The position numbers and the translations under genes are program-made. Source: an archaeon (lineage in GTDB: Archaea > EX4484-52 > WAPT01). Taken from it: 64,000 nt of DNA. The DNA lies in the NCBI GenBank assembly GCA_029258795.1, contig JAPDKB010000007.1, positions 160,001 to 224,000 of the forward strand. Reading direction: 5' to 3'. Position 1 is the stretch's first letter, and the number at the start of each line of letters is the position of its first letter. Under the pieces are notes generated by a model. The model made no database searches. It saw only the letters and a program-made list of their open reading frames with translations, and was not told the origin of the DNA. This document shows, in pieces, positions 38,159-50,400 of this stretch.

Positions 38159-39367
38159 ATGTTTGAAAAGGTTTCCTTCCTTTTCGGGAACAATGATTTA
38201 CTTTCCTTCTTGCTACTCATACTGTTTTTTTATTTCTACCCGCGTATCTACATCTGGCAGATGGTAAGCAAGCTGGAGACGGAGCTGGTCAAACTGGAGG
38301 AATACTCGAAAGAAGTGCAGAACGAGGTAACGAAAAAAATAAAGAGCACTCACAAGAGAAAGAAAGTGAACATCAGAATGTTAAAGAAAAGGGTTGGTGA
38401 ATTCATGGATTTTTTTGTTGTTTCTCCCGTGGATACTGATCCTTACGGGATACTGAAAAAGATTGAGCACATAACCAAGATTTCTGAAAGCAGGATAGAA
38501 AGGTTCCTGGACAGGATCGGAGGAACAGCAAACAGGGATGAGAAAAAGAACATAAAGTACGGGCTGGTAGGCGCGATGGGTGTGACCATGATCTACAAAA
38601 TCATGAGGCACTACATAGAGTTAATAAAGAAAACGAACAATCTCCAGCTCGCTATGGTACTGCAGATGATGCTTCCAGACATATTGAAAACAGCAAAAGC
38701 CAACGTCAAGGCCACAAAGGCATTTCTGGACGGTATACCGATAGGGGATGGTGTGGGACCGCTTGTGGCTGCCAAGCTCAAGAGTAAGGTGGGTGATGAG
38801 ATAGAGCGGGATGTTGTGGTTAGTGCTGAAAAGTTGGGGAAAAAGAAGGTTTTTGTGATGAAAGCAAAGGGAAAAGGAGCTGAAATCTCACAAGCCAAGA
38901 TGTGGCATGCTATAGAGAAGCTTGTGAAAAAGGAGAAAATAAAGCACATAATTTCCATAGATGCTAGTGTTAAACTTGAGGGTGAAAAAACGGGCAGTGT
39001 GGCTGAGGGTGTTGGTTTTGTCATGTCTCCTCACGGTGTGGACCGACCATTTGTGGAAGAGCTGGCAACGAAGCATGGTATAGAGCTGGATGGTGTGATA
39101 ATCAAAATGTCCGATTATGAGGCATCAATACCCATGAAGAAGGAAATATATGATGCAGTACCTGCCGCAATTGAGAAGGTGAGGGAGCTTGTGGAGCTGA
39201 GCCCTCACAATAGAATATTGGTTGTTGGTGTGGGCAATACATGCGGAATAGGTAATTCGGCAAAAGAGGTTGAAAATCTGGAAAAGGTGCTTAGACCCGT
39301 ATGGAGGAAGCTGAAGAAGGAAGAGGAGGAAGAAAAGAAGAGAAAGTGGTCTCTGCTTCCTGCATGA
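38159..39367 (+). CDS. DUF1512 family protein
   Basis: PVDTDPYGI, GIPIGDGVGPLVA, IDAS.KLEGEKTGSVAEG.G, GVGNT.GIG. Confidence 0.85.
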   Translation: MFEKVSFLFGNNDLLSFLLLILFFYFYPRIYIWQMVSKLETELVKLEEYSKEVQNEVTKKIKSTHKRKKVNIRMLKKRVGEFMDFFVVSPVDTDPYGILKKIEHITKISESRIERFLDRIGGTANRDEKKNIKYGLVGAMGVTMIYKIMRHYIELIKKTNNLQLAMVLQMMLPDILKTAKANVKATKAFLDGIPIGDGVGPLVAAKLKSKVGDEIERDVVVSAEKLGKKKVFVMKAKGKGAEISQAKMWHAIEKLVKKEKIKHIISIDASVKLEGEKTGSVAEGVGFVMSPHGVDRPFVEELATKHGIELDGVIIKMSDYEASIPMKKEIYDAVPAAIEKVRELVELSPHNRILVVGVGNTCGIGNSAKEVENLEKVLRPVWRKLKKEEEEEKKRKWSLLPA

Positions 39368-39405
39368 TGATAATCTGGAATAATTATGCTCTGGGTTGAG
39401 GAGTC

Positions 39406-39915
39406 ATGAGTGAGGACAAAAAAAGTGAGAATATGGCTCAAGAAGAGGGCTTTCGGAAGAAGAGGATCAGCTTGGATGAATACTTTGCAAAGATGACCTG
39501 GGTTGTTGCTGAAAGGTCAACCTGCATAATCCCCGGAAGACAGTACGGAGCCATTGTTGTGAAAAACAAGCAGGTGTTATCCACCGGCTACAACGGCGCG
39601 CCGAGAGGCATGACCGACTGCCTTGAACTGGGTTACTGTCCAAAAAGAGCAAAGGGCGGAACAAGCGGAACGATGCATGAGGAATGTATAGCAGTGCATG
39701 CCGAGATGAACGCCCTGATTCAAGCCGGCAGGAATGCAGAGGGTGCAACTCTTTACGTTAATGGATTTCCGTGCAAGCTCTGCGCGAGGTTGATAGTTAA
39801 CGCTGGCATAAAACGGGTTGTAGTTTGCGGGGAGTACAGCGATAGAGAGGGGTTGAAGATTCTGGAGGATGCAGGAATTCAGGTAGATTACATCGATGTA
39901 TCTCACCTGCTCTGA
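39406..39915 (+). CDS. dCMP deaminase (ComEB-like)
   Basis: RSTC, STGYNGAP.G, HAEMNA, PCKLC. Confidence 0.9.
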   Translation: MSEDKKSENMAQEEGFRKKRISLDEYFAKMTWVVAERSTCIIPGRQYGAIVVKNKQVLSTGYNGAPRGMTDCLELGYCPKRAKGGTSGTMHEECIAVHAEMNALIQAGRNAEGATLYVNGFPCKLCARLIVNAGIKRVVVCGEYSDREGLKILEDAGIQVDYIDVSHLL

Positions 39916-39951
39916 ACACATCTCTCCTTGCTTACGGAGGAGGAGTATATC

Positions 39952-40560
39952 ATGAAAAAATGGCCGGTGTTCGTTGGAGACTTCAAGGTTGGAAACTTTG
40001 AGGGCTGGATTGCCATAGCCACGTTAAACACACCGTGGGAAGATATGCAGGAACTTCTCGGAATCGAGGGTGTGGCGATAATCGGAAGCGTGAAGACGGA
40101 AAATCTCGGTGTGGAGAAGATAGTTGCAAACGTGATAAGCAATCCAAATATAAGGGTCCTTGTTCTTTGTGGAAGAGAGTCGAAAGGTCATTATCCCGGA
40201 GATGCGCTTATATGCCTTCTCAAGAATGGTGTTGATGAAGAGGGGAGGATAATTGATGCGAGGGGTGCAATTCCCTATCTGGAGAATTTGAGCAGGACGC
40301 ATGTGGAACATTTCAGGAAGCAGATAGTTGAAATTATGGATTTGCGTGAGATTGAGGATGTGGAAATAATAAAGAAGGAGCTGGAGAAATTGAAGGAAAA
40401 AGAGGTTCGACCTTATGAAGGTGGGGCGGTTTATGTTGAGATTGAGGAAAAGAAGGGTGGCGGGCTGCAACATTTTGAAGGAGATGTTGTTTTCATTAAT
40501 GAGGCGGCGCAGATCGACACCTCAACATTTAAAGTTGAGCTGGTAAATCAGCAGGGGTGA
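39952..40560 (+). CDS. mtrA: MtrA-like corrinoid protein (soluble, no C-terminal TM helix)
   Basis: WP...GD, G..KTENLGVEK.VANVISNPNIR....CG.E..GH..G, RII.A.GAIPY.EN, F..Q; His ligand retained. Confidence 0.88.
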   Translation: MKKWPVFVGDFKVGNFEGWIAIATLNTPWEDMQELLGIEGVAIIGSVKTENLGVEKIVANVISNPNIRVLVLCGRESKGHYPGDALICLLKNGVDEEGRIIDARGAIPYLENLSRTHVEHFRKQIVEIMDLREIEDVEIIKKELEKLKEKEVRPYEGGAVYVEIEEKKGGGLQHFEGDVVFINEAAQIDTSTFKVELVNQQG

Positions 40561-40564
40561 TTTT

Positions 40565-41452
40565 GTGTTCATCTTTCCGGAGCAGAAGAAGATAAAGATA
40601 GGGACTGTGGAGCTGGGCGGACAGCCGGGAGAGTTGCCTGCGGTGATGGTCAGCACGATGTTTTATGAGGGGCATAAAATTGTGAAAAGTGATGGTGGTT
40701 TTGACAGGGAGAAAGCTGAAGAACTCCTGAACCTCCAGCAGGAGAAGAGCGATGAAACAAAACTGCCATACATAACCAACGTTTATGGGAATGATGCTTC
40801 CTCCCTCATCAAGAGGGTGGAATTCGTGGCTGAAAATGACGAAAATCCCATCATGATTGATTCTCCCAGCTATTCTGCCAGAGTTGAAGCCATGAAATAT
40901 GCTAAGGATTGTGGACTGATTGACAGATGCGTGTACAACTCTCTCAACATCACACTGAATAAAGATGAGAAGGATAAACTTGCTGAGCTCAGCGCGAGGA
41001 ACGTGCTTGTGCTTGCTCATGCTATCAATGAGCAGAGTGTTGAGGATAAGATATCGTGCCTTGAAAAGGATGGTGCGATGGGGAAGGGCTTGCTTGATCA
41101 CGCTAAGGAGATAGGAGCAAGTAACGTGCTGATAGATACTGCGACAACACCCCTGCAGCAAGGAGCATCTCTATCCTTAACTTCTCTGGTCACCTTGAAA
41201 GCCAAATATGGCCTGCCTGTTGGATGTGGAATACACAATGCTGTGAGTTCGTGGGAATGGATAAAGAAAAGAGAAAGCTATAAAGTTGTGGATGCTGCCT
41301 CCGCACTACTGCCTGTGATCCTTGGAGCGGACTTCGTGCTCTACGGACCCATAGAGAATGCAAGATACGTTTTTGATGTTGCTGCGTTTGCTGAAATTCT
41401 GGTAGAGGAAAACGTTTCTCGTTTCACTTCCACATTCGGACTGAGCCTGTGA
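40565..41452 (+). CDS. mtrH: MtrH-like methyl-tetrahydropterin:corrinoid methyltransferase
   Basis: GGQPGELP.V...FY.GH.IV....FDRE.AE.L, IDS, YNS, G.GIHN....W.W, GADF.LYGPIENA. Confidence 0.9.
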   Translation: MFIFPEQKKIKIGTVELGGQPGELPAVMVSTMFYEGHKIVKSDGGFDREKAEELLNLQQEKSDETKLPYITNVYGNDASSLIKRVEFVAENDENPIMIDSPSYSARVEAMKYAKDCGLIDRCVYNSLNITLNKDEKDKLAELSARNVLVLAHAINEQSVEDKISCLEKDGAMGKGLLDHAKEIGASNVLIDTATTPLQQGASLSLTSLVTLKAKYGLPVGCGIHNAVSSWEWIKKRESYKVVDAASALLPVILGADFVLYGPIENARYVFDVAAFAEILVEENVSRFTSTFGLSL

Positions 41453-41465
41453 GGGCATGCACTTT

Positions 41466-44400
41466 TCAGTCACACCTCAAGCATCTCCCGTTAACGAGCC
41501 TCATGCCACATGATGGGCATCTTTCCTTGCTTTCTATGGCCTTCTTGAGATATGTGAGGTACTCATCTCTCGCTACGGGCTCAGTGAAATAGACCAAATC
41601 GGGTCTTCCTGCTGGCTCTGGTTGTTGCGTGGTTCTGGCCACTGTTACCGGCACATTCCCTGCCATAAGTGGAGGAGTTGCGGGGAGTGTTGGCGATTTA
41701 TACGTGGTGACACCTTTCGATTTTTCTGCATGAGTTCTTGCACGTGCGAAGGGGAGCAAGGAAGGTATGCTGAGCTTGCGCTTTCCGTAGGAGTAGGTGG
41801 TGGAAGAGCTCATCCTCGTGTAGTACATCAGTCCAAACAATCCGAGCAGTCCTAAGCTCACGATAACGATCAGCATCGTTTTCCATGGTTTGGCGGGCTT
41901 TTCTTTTGATTCAATAAGATAGCTCTCCATCTGGTTGAGGTAATTTGATGCTCTCGCTATTTTTTGCTGTGCCGCTTCATAATTTCCGCTCATGACGTCA
42001 TCTCTCGCTGATGCCAAAAGGGAGGAAGCTTCATCGTACAGCTGCTGGAGTTCCTGTGGAAGCGACTCTCGATTTATGGCTGTGAGCCTTCCAGCCATGT
42101 TGTCGATGGTGTTCATGAGTGTTTCATATACATCTTCTTGTGTTTCTTCTGATGCCTCTTCACTCACGATGTTTATTTGTGCTGTTGCTGTGGTGCTTAT
42201 CTGGTCAGATGTTATGAGTACGTAGATATCGCTAGAGTAGGAGTAGAGGCACAGGCTATACTCCAGCTCTACACTTTCATTGGGAAGCAGTGTGATCGGA
42301 CTGGATTCAAATGTTATGGAATGTGTGCTTGAAGTAACATCTTTCACCCGTAGATTTGTGATTATTTTCTTGCCCTTATTAGTAACACGAATCGTTCCGA
42401 TTGTGCATCCACCTACCGACACGGACACAGGCGTGGCATAAACGCTCAACTTATACTCATCTTCCTTTTCTGTTGGCTGAGTAACTACTGATGACGTTCC
42501 AGCAATGGAGGTTGTTGGCTCGTAACTCTTGCCATGCGAAGGCGTCGGACAGTAGAAGGACACATATATATCCTTCACTTCCTGATCCGTGAGGTTGAAA
42601 GCTTCCGTCTTAAAGTCGTTACATCTGGGCTTTGTTGCTTTTATCATTACATTTGTGGCTTGTGTTGTTGAGTTCAAAAGGACAAAATTCTCAGCTCCTT
42701 CTTCAGTAATATTTATGGTTTTCACCAGCGTTCCATTGGAATATACGTAAACCATGGTTCCTGCCTGCTGTGAGCTGCTCACAAGGATGTGTAAAATAGC
42801 ATAACCACTTGTCGAGTTTAGCACCAGCGTTAGATTATTACCTGCCTTTTCATTTCCGCCAGCTTTAACCTCAATCCATCTTGGCTCAGCGGGGAAATAT
42901 CCAGCTTTGTAAGCTGATAGCGCATTCATCTCAAGCGTATAGTTGCCGGGAGTCATTTCTCTGAAGAAAACCAGCCCGCTTCCATTTGTTTCTGCACAAG
43001 TCGTCGTGTTGAGGCAGAGCTGAATGTTGCTCAACGGTGTGCCAGTCGTATTAATAACATGGATTGAGTAGCGAGTTTCATTGAAGATTGCAGTTATATT
43101 TGCTATCTTGCCATGTTCATCGAGCTCCACGGCAGTTGGAGCTGAAACCGGGATATACGCATCACTCACAACGTAAGTGATGGTGTAATTACCAAGCGGA
43201 AGCCGTAAGAACTGAACTTTACCGTCTTGAGTCGCGTTTTCAAGCTCAAGTCCAAGCTCCGCATTCCTTATCTTCACCTTTCCATCAAAGCTCTCGTTGA
43301 GATCGTTACTCAAATTAATTATGATAGATGTTGGTTGAAGTTCAATCGTTATTTCCTCAACCTTCCCGCTCTCCATAAAATGATGGACATGGGCTGTGCC
43401 GTAGTTTTCCTCAGTTCCATCAAACACGAAGGTGTAGTTACCCTGACCTAGAAACACAACAGCTTCGCCGTCCTCATTGCTCACCACATGACACAAGTCT
43501 GGCTGTGAGGTTCCAACAAGATAACAAGATATAGAAACGTTTGGGATTGGCATTCGTGTTATGGAATCCACTACTTTTATCCTCATCTCTGACTCGCCGG
43601 CAGTGTAAAGATAAACGCTCTGATTTATGATCTCGTACGTTGTTGACGGAATCTTTATTGGCTGAGGAGCGTTGTATCCTGCAGTCATCACTTCCAAATA
43701 AGACACACCATAATATGGATTAAATCTACCTTCAAGGAGGTTACCTTCCTTCCAGTAAGCTGTGTAAAGAGGAGATCCTACTTCATCAGTTAGCGTGAAG
43801 TTCGCAATTCTGATCTCAACATTTATCGGATCGCCTGTTTTTGCATCGTAAAGATAGATGTAAGATTTTCCAATCGGGACCATTGGAATTATGAAGTTCT
43901 TACTCTCGCCATCTGAAAAGGTTATGAGGTGTGTTTCAGCACTTTCATTATAGTAAGTGTAAGTTTCATAACCCTCCTTGACCACAACGAGCTTGTAGTG
44001 CTGCAGCTCAGCATTTCCCTCCACAGGTGAGCCGAGGGTGTAGGGTGATACTCTTGCATAAAAGTTTCCTGCCGTGTCAGTATGCAATACATATCTTGCC
44101 TGCTGGTCTAATGTTGGGGAAGCATCATAAAGGTAGATGGTGGCGTTGTATATGTTCTTTCTCGAATCAAGGGGATTTATAAAGTAAAGGTCATATACGT
44201 GCCCGCTTATCTCCGCAGTACCGTTCAGATATATTCGGAATGCTGGCTTTATGCCGTAACCGTCCACAACATCATCCAGATAGCTACCTGAAAACCTGAT
44301 TCCCAAATCCTTGGAATTGTAGCTCTCGTAACCTCTAGCGCGTATCAGAACATAATACCGTTTCTGCCCGTCGATACTCAATTTCAAGTGACCGCTTGAA

Positions 44401-47400
44401 GTTGTATTTCCTGCATTCATCTTGAGCCATCCAACCATGAACGCATTTTCTATTATCAACACACCGTAACCCATGGATGTGCCATTAATCACAACATCAA
44501 ACGCATCGGAGGTAACATTGAACGTTGCTTTTCCGCTTGAGTTGGTGTAATTAACATATTCATTTCCTGTAAGGTGAGATATTAGCTTTACAGTGACGTT
44601 TTCAAAAACATTATTTCCTTCTTCATCAACCACAGTTATGGTAATTATAAATCTGTCGTCACTTATGTTCATCGGTTCGAAGGGTGATGATCCCTCCACA
44701 ACATCTGGATCTAGAGCCACAATTTTATGCTCTCCGGTATCGATGTCAATTAGGGTCCAATTTATGGTTCCGCTCTTGTTTACAGTTAAATTACAGTTAT
44801 TGCAGGGGAGCAACCTTCTGAAAATCACCCTACCATTGCTGTCAGTTGTACCATTTACATAGTTGCCGAGAGCGTCTTTTGCAACTCTCCACTCCCCACT
44901 AACATTTTCAAACAGAGTGACCAATGCCCCACTTACGGGATCTCCTTCTGGAGTGTGTACAGTAACGTTCAGCGTCGTGATATTCAGTTTAACATTTAGC
45001 ACGCCTCCCCAGACAACGTTGTAATCATCAAAATTGGCATTCCCGTATCCTTTGTCTTCTCCGATGACTGTTATATCGTATTTTGTATTGTTTTTGAGGT
45101 CCGTGAATCTCGCAATACCGGTAGTGGTGTTTTTCTCTGTCTGATAGTCCGTGCCAGTTACTATAACTGTGATGTTATCGAGAGGATTACCATTCTCGTC
45201 AGTGACATTAACTGTAAAGGTGCTGTCCACTATAGTGAAGGTGTAATTAACCTCCGTGGTGCAGTTTTTGTTTAGATCGCATATGGTTATGTTCCATCTC
45301 CAATTACCGCAACTGAATAGCATAGATGCGGTGTGATTTGTAGAAAATACATTAGAGGTCCATTTGTATGAATTGCTGCCGTTGTAGAACACTACAGAGA
45401 TATTGGTAGATTCGCTTGTAGAGATATTTATTTTGAGACTTATCGGTCCCCTTGAACATGGAGCGCCCAGTACTGTATTGTTCTCCGGCTCAACGGATGT
45501 AACGGACGGAAGCCTGTAATCAACTTTGATGTAATTGTTTCCCGAAAACACGAGAACAGTATTATTGACATCAGGATATCCCAATTTGGTTATAGTGAGT
45601 GTATAGAGTGTTGGTATGACGCCTGAGAATTCCACCTTACCTTCGGTGTCAGTGAGATCCGTTAGCGGTGCACCCGTTTGGTTAAAAGCAATACCGCTTT
45701 CATTCCAGAAAGTAACATTTGCATTGCTTATCTTAGTTGTGCCGTTCACAACTTCAACCAGTACATCTGTAGTGCTATTTGCAAGGATAAAGAAGACCAC
45801 ACTGTTGTTACAGTTGTTGGATTCATCGCACACTTTTATTTTCCATTTCCATGTACCGCAGATAAGTGCTATTTTACGTGTGTGGTTGGTGCGGAGTTCC
45901 GTATCATTGAAGTAATTTAACGGTGTGCTCTCCTGATCCTTGTAGAATTCTGAATAGAGAGTCGTGTTCTCATTTGTTGCGACCCAGTAGGTCATTTTCT
46001 CTGGAGAGTCTTGATTACAGTCAATGATTACGAAGGAATTGTTTTTGGGGTTGGTGCCCACTATCAATGGAGGGTATATATCTAAAGTCACGTTATTCTC
46101 GCCTTCACGAACGGTAATAGATTTTTCGTAGTGATGCTGTGTGGGGGAATAAACATCAACAGTGAGCTTGTAAGTGTATGGTTGAAGCATATCGAAAAGC
46201 ACGCTTCCGTCTGATGATGTAAGTGATGTTAGTGGAGTCCCAGCAGTGTTCCTTGCTATAGATGAGCCGTTCCAGAGTGTGACATTTGCGTTTGCTATGG
46301 GTTTGACACCATTCGTGATTACGACTTTCAGATAGGTTCGAACGAAGTTAATCGTGTAGTTGTTCTTCTTACCCGCCATATCGGTAGTGAGCGTGTAGGT
46401 ATCATATTTTATTCCACATCCCTGCGATACAGCGTCCACTTTTATTCTGTATGCGCCGACTGGTACGAACTTGAACATGACTGATCCATTATCATTTGTT
46501 GTTGCTGTGAATCTGCACAGATTTCTTGTTGCTTGTGCTGGGGTGCATCCGTCTGTCTTGTTCATCTCCACCAAAATTCCGCTGTGAGAACACCCGGTGG
46601 TGTTAATAGTTAGATTCAGTGTTGTTATGTTGAGGCCCTGAGTTTCGTATTCTCCCTTTTCATCAGTTCTGAAGAACAAAATTACTTCAGCGTTTGGAAT
46701 AGGTTTGTTGTTATAATAATCGTAAACGAACGTCTCAAAGTAAGCTTTCAATTTTATTGAATTTTCTCCTGTAAAATTGTAGTTGGGTGGGTAAACCTTA
46801 CTATAACCGTCCCATGCAAGGTATCCGTGTTGATAAGCTCTGATCTTGTACTGTGTGGTGTTGTCAACGTGAATGGTGAAGCTTCCGTCGATGTTCTTTT
46901 TCTGATATATGAGTTCACCGGTATCCGGCAGATAGAGCTCAACCGTGGCGTTGTGCAGCGGCTCTCCTGAGTATGCATCCACCAAGCTACCTTTTATGGT
47001 GCCTGCACCTCTCAGCTTATGAACTGTCCACATGTTTATGAATGCTGTACCGGTCTCGTTTTTCGTTAGATAACCTTCTTTACTGAAATTGATGATATAA
47101 TTCGAGGTAACACCCAGATAGGCATCGAAATAACCATCTCCATCCGTCATAAAGACATAGCGCAATATCGTGGTGTTACTGGAGTTTTCCTTTATTTCAA
47201 TTCTAACGTTGGAGAGGGGCCGATCATTTTCTTCATCTATTACATATCCGTGAAAATGAGTGTATCCTCTCAAAACAAAGTTCTTAGTTACGGTATCTCT
47301 ATCGATTATTAAATCGTAATAGGGACTGCTATTGTAACCGAGTCGAGAAGCTTGAATACGAATCATTTTATCCTTAGGCACCCTTATGGAATATGCTCCG

Positions 47401-50400
47401 TTTTTATCTCCCACCACTACAGGATAAATTTCTTTACCGTTTATATTGAATTCAACTTTAATTTTCGGATTTGGTATATTACAGGGATTAACATAAAGTA
47501 TTCTGGAATCGCTACAAGCTTCGTCCCTAACAACTCCTTTAATAACTGATCTTCCCTCCAGAACAAGATCCACACTCAAGAAATCGGTTCCCCTACCATC
47601 CACAGAAATGGTGGTGTGGTTGTAACCTTCCTCGGTTCCATTAGCTGTTATCTTGTATATCTCGTTGCCTTTAACATAAAGCGAGAAATTACCTCCGTAA
47701 CTTGAGGTTACATCATAGCAGTATGCTAATCCTGAGGATGGGCAAAGTTTAATCGGTATCAATGGGAGAGTTATTGTGGCATTGTTTTCATCTCTATTAA
47801 CGTCCAGCACTCTACCGGATATGTAGAGTGTGCCCTCTAGGTAGTATGTGCCATTGATATCCCCAACTGCATACAGTTGTAACGGTTTGTAACCACTGTC
47901 CGAACCCCCTACTATTAGTGTATAATAGTTGTTTTCACGGATGTAAGCATCCACAAAACCTTCCGAATCAGTATAGAAATTGTATGTTGCGTATTGAGGA
48001 TAATTGAATCCGAAATTATCCAGTTCCTCGATTTTAACATTAATTCCTGGAACTGGTTTATTGCTGTAAAAATCCAACAATTTAATTTTAACATGAATGG
48101 CACCTCTCATGAAAAATGGTGGTAAATATCTCGTGCCGTTTTCCGATATCGTGTAACCAGAACCTTCATTCGTAAAGTTCGCTGCAAAATAACCATCTCT
48201 CTGCGCTTCAATTACGAATCCGTGTTCATCAAGCATGTACGGAGGAACATATATTTCCCAGTCGCCGCTATCGTTTGAAATGGTGGAGTAATTGTACCCA
48301 TATTCTTCTCCCACAAAACCTCCTATGCCGTTAGGAGTCCACTTTCTGAGCGTAACATGTGCTCCGCTAACTCCTAAATCTGTATTAAACTCATCAACAA
48401 GCCGACCCCTCATGAGATAATTTCCTTTCAAGGTTATACTACCCAAATCCTTCTCTTCGCCTTCCATAACACAGTAACTTGTAAATGTTTCATTCCTTGT
48501 TCTGTAACCGTATCTCTCAACAACCAATCTGTAGCAGTATGGAAATCCTTCATCCACATACCCGCCTCTAACAAAAATCCAGGCAAAGCCGCTACTGTTC
48601 GTTACTGTAGTGAAGTTCGTGCTTTCAGACAGTACAAAAGTGACCGTGGCATTGTCCAGAGGCATTCCATTCTGGTAATCCACAACTCTCATTTTGAAAC
48701 TTGCGAGTCCGCGTTTGTAAACATAAAAGGTGTAATTGTTCAGTTCTGTGGAGGCGGTGAAATTCCATCTTCTCATGATGAAGTTCGTTCCCGCGTCCAC
48801 CTCAAGGGTGTAATCGAACGTGCCCCTTATGCGCAAGGAGAAATATCCTTCATCATCCGTCTGAAGAACGTACTCCACCATGCCTGTCTGGTTGTTTATT
48901 ATTCTGACTGTGGCGTTGGAGATTGTCAAAAATCCGTACTCGCTAATACCTATAACTTTCCCGTTGATTGTTGTGTTTCCAAAAATCGGCACTGTGAGAT
49001 TATTCGTTGTGGAAAGATTGATATTCGTCAAAACGGTCGTTATATACCCTTCCTTATCTGCGTATATGTTGTAGAGGAGAGTTTTGTCTACAAAAACGGT
49101 GGTTTTTCCGTCCGCATTGGTGGGTTGGGTTATTGATAATCCAAATGGGTATCCTGTGACAGTCACACTCACCCCACTTACAGGTTGGAGGTTCTCGCCA
49201 TCAATAACAGTGATGTTTAACGGTGTTGTTGACACATCAAAGACGAGGAAACTCGAGTTGGTCCAGCCAGCTGAATCAACAGCATAGACTGTTATGTTGT
49301 GGATACCGTCATTAAAAGTTAGAGTAGTTGTTCCTCCAAAACAATTTGTGCAAAGGGTGAAGACGGTGCCATTGCTGTCTATTTCGTAAGTTATGTTGGC
49401 CGGAGTTGTGTCTGAAATTGAGATGTTTAAGTCGAGGACATTTGTGGTGTATATAGTGGTGTTTTGTGGTGAGAGGATATCAATAACGGGGGGTGTTGTG
49501 TCAACAGTTACTGTTATGGTGCTTGAGTTCACCCATCCTGCTGAATCTGTGGCATAAACCGTTATGGTGTGAGTACCATCTTGCAATGTCAAGGTTGTTG
49601 CTGCATTAGAACAGTCATTACAAAGGGTGAAAATTGTACCGTTGTTATCGATTTCGTAGGTTATGTTAGTGGATGTCAGGTCTGAGACCGAAACATTGAG
49701 CATAATGTTACTGGTGTTCACAACAGAATTATTTTGAGGAGAATTAATGTGGATTACGGGCGGGGTAGTATCAACCGTCACCACCATAGTTCCTGTTGTG
49801 TTAAGGGTGGTGGAATTGTCCTCCACCCATATAGCAAATGTGTGAGTTCCATCACTCAGGTTGAAAGGAATAATAAGATACTCCCATCGAGTTGTGTTTA
49901 ATTTTGCAAGATAGCTTAAGGAAAATATCTTTATTATTTCATCCTCACTCAAAGTTCGATTATATATACGGAGTTCATCCACAATACCGTTAGCAGCATC
50001 CGTGCCTGCAAGCCGTCTGCCTATCCTTAAAGGATCGTTTGAAACGTCCATAAGCCCTCTGTTAGGCGCTGTAATTACAAAGAGTTGCGGAGCATCTTCC
50101 TCCAGAATAATCAATTTGGTTGTTGTTGAGTTTCGCGAAATTGCTACGAAATACGCGTCATGAAAGAGATTTAATGGGTACTGTATCTCCTTATCAAACT
50201 CCCCACTTACATATGTGTAGAATGTCAGATAGCCGTTCGAATCTACAAAGAGGTAATATGACCCATTTTTTTCAACGATAGTATGGTTTAAACCCGTTTC
50301 ACCAACGGAAATCCATGCCATAATGGTAAGCTCATCAGTAATATGTAAACTTGGCGAATCATCAATCTCTATATAATCATCTACTCCATCAAACTCAACT

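Noticed and set aside
39952-41452. mtrA/mtrH as evidence of methanogenesis
   Set aside because: No mtrB-G or mcr in the window and MtrA lacks a membrane anchor
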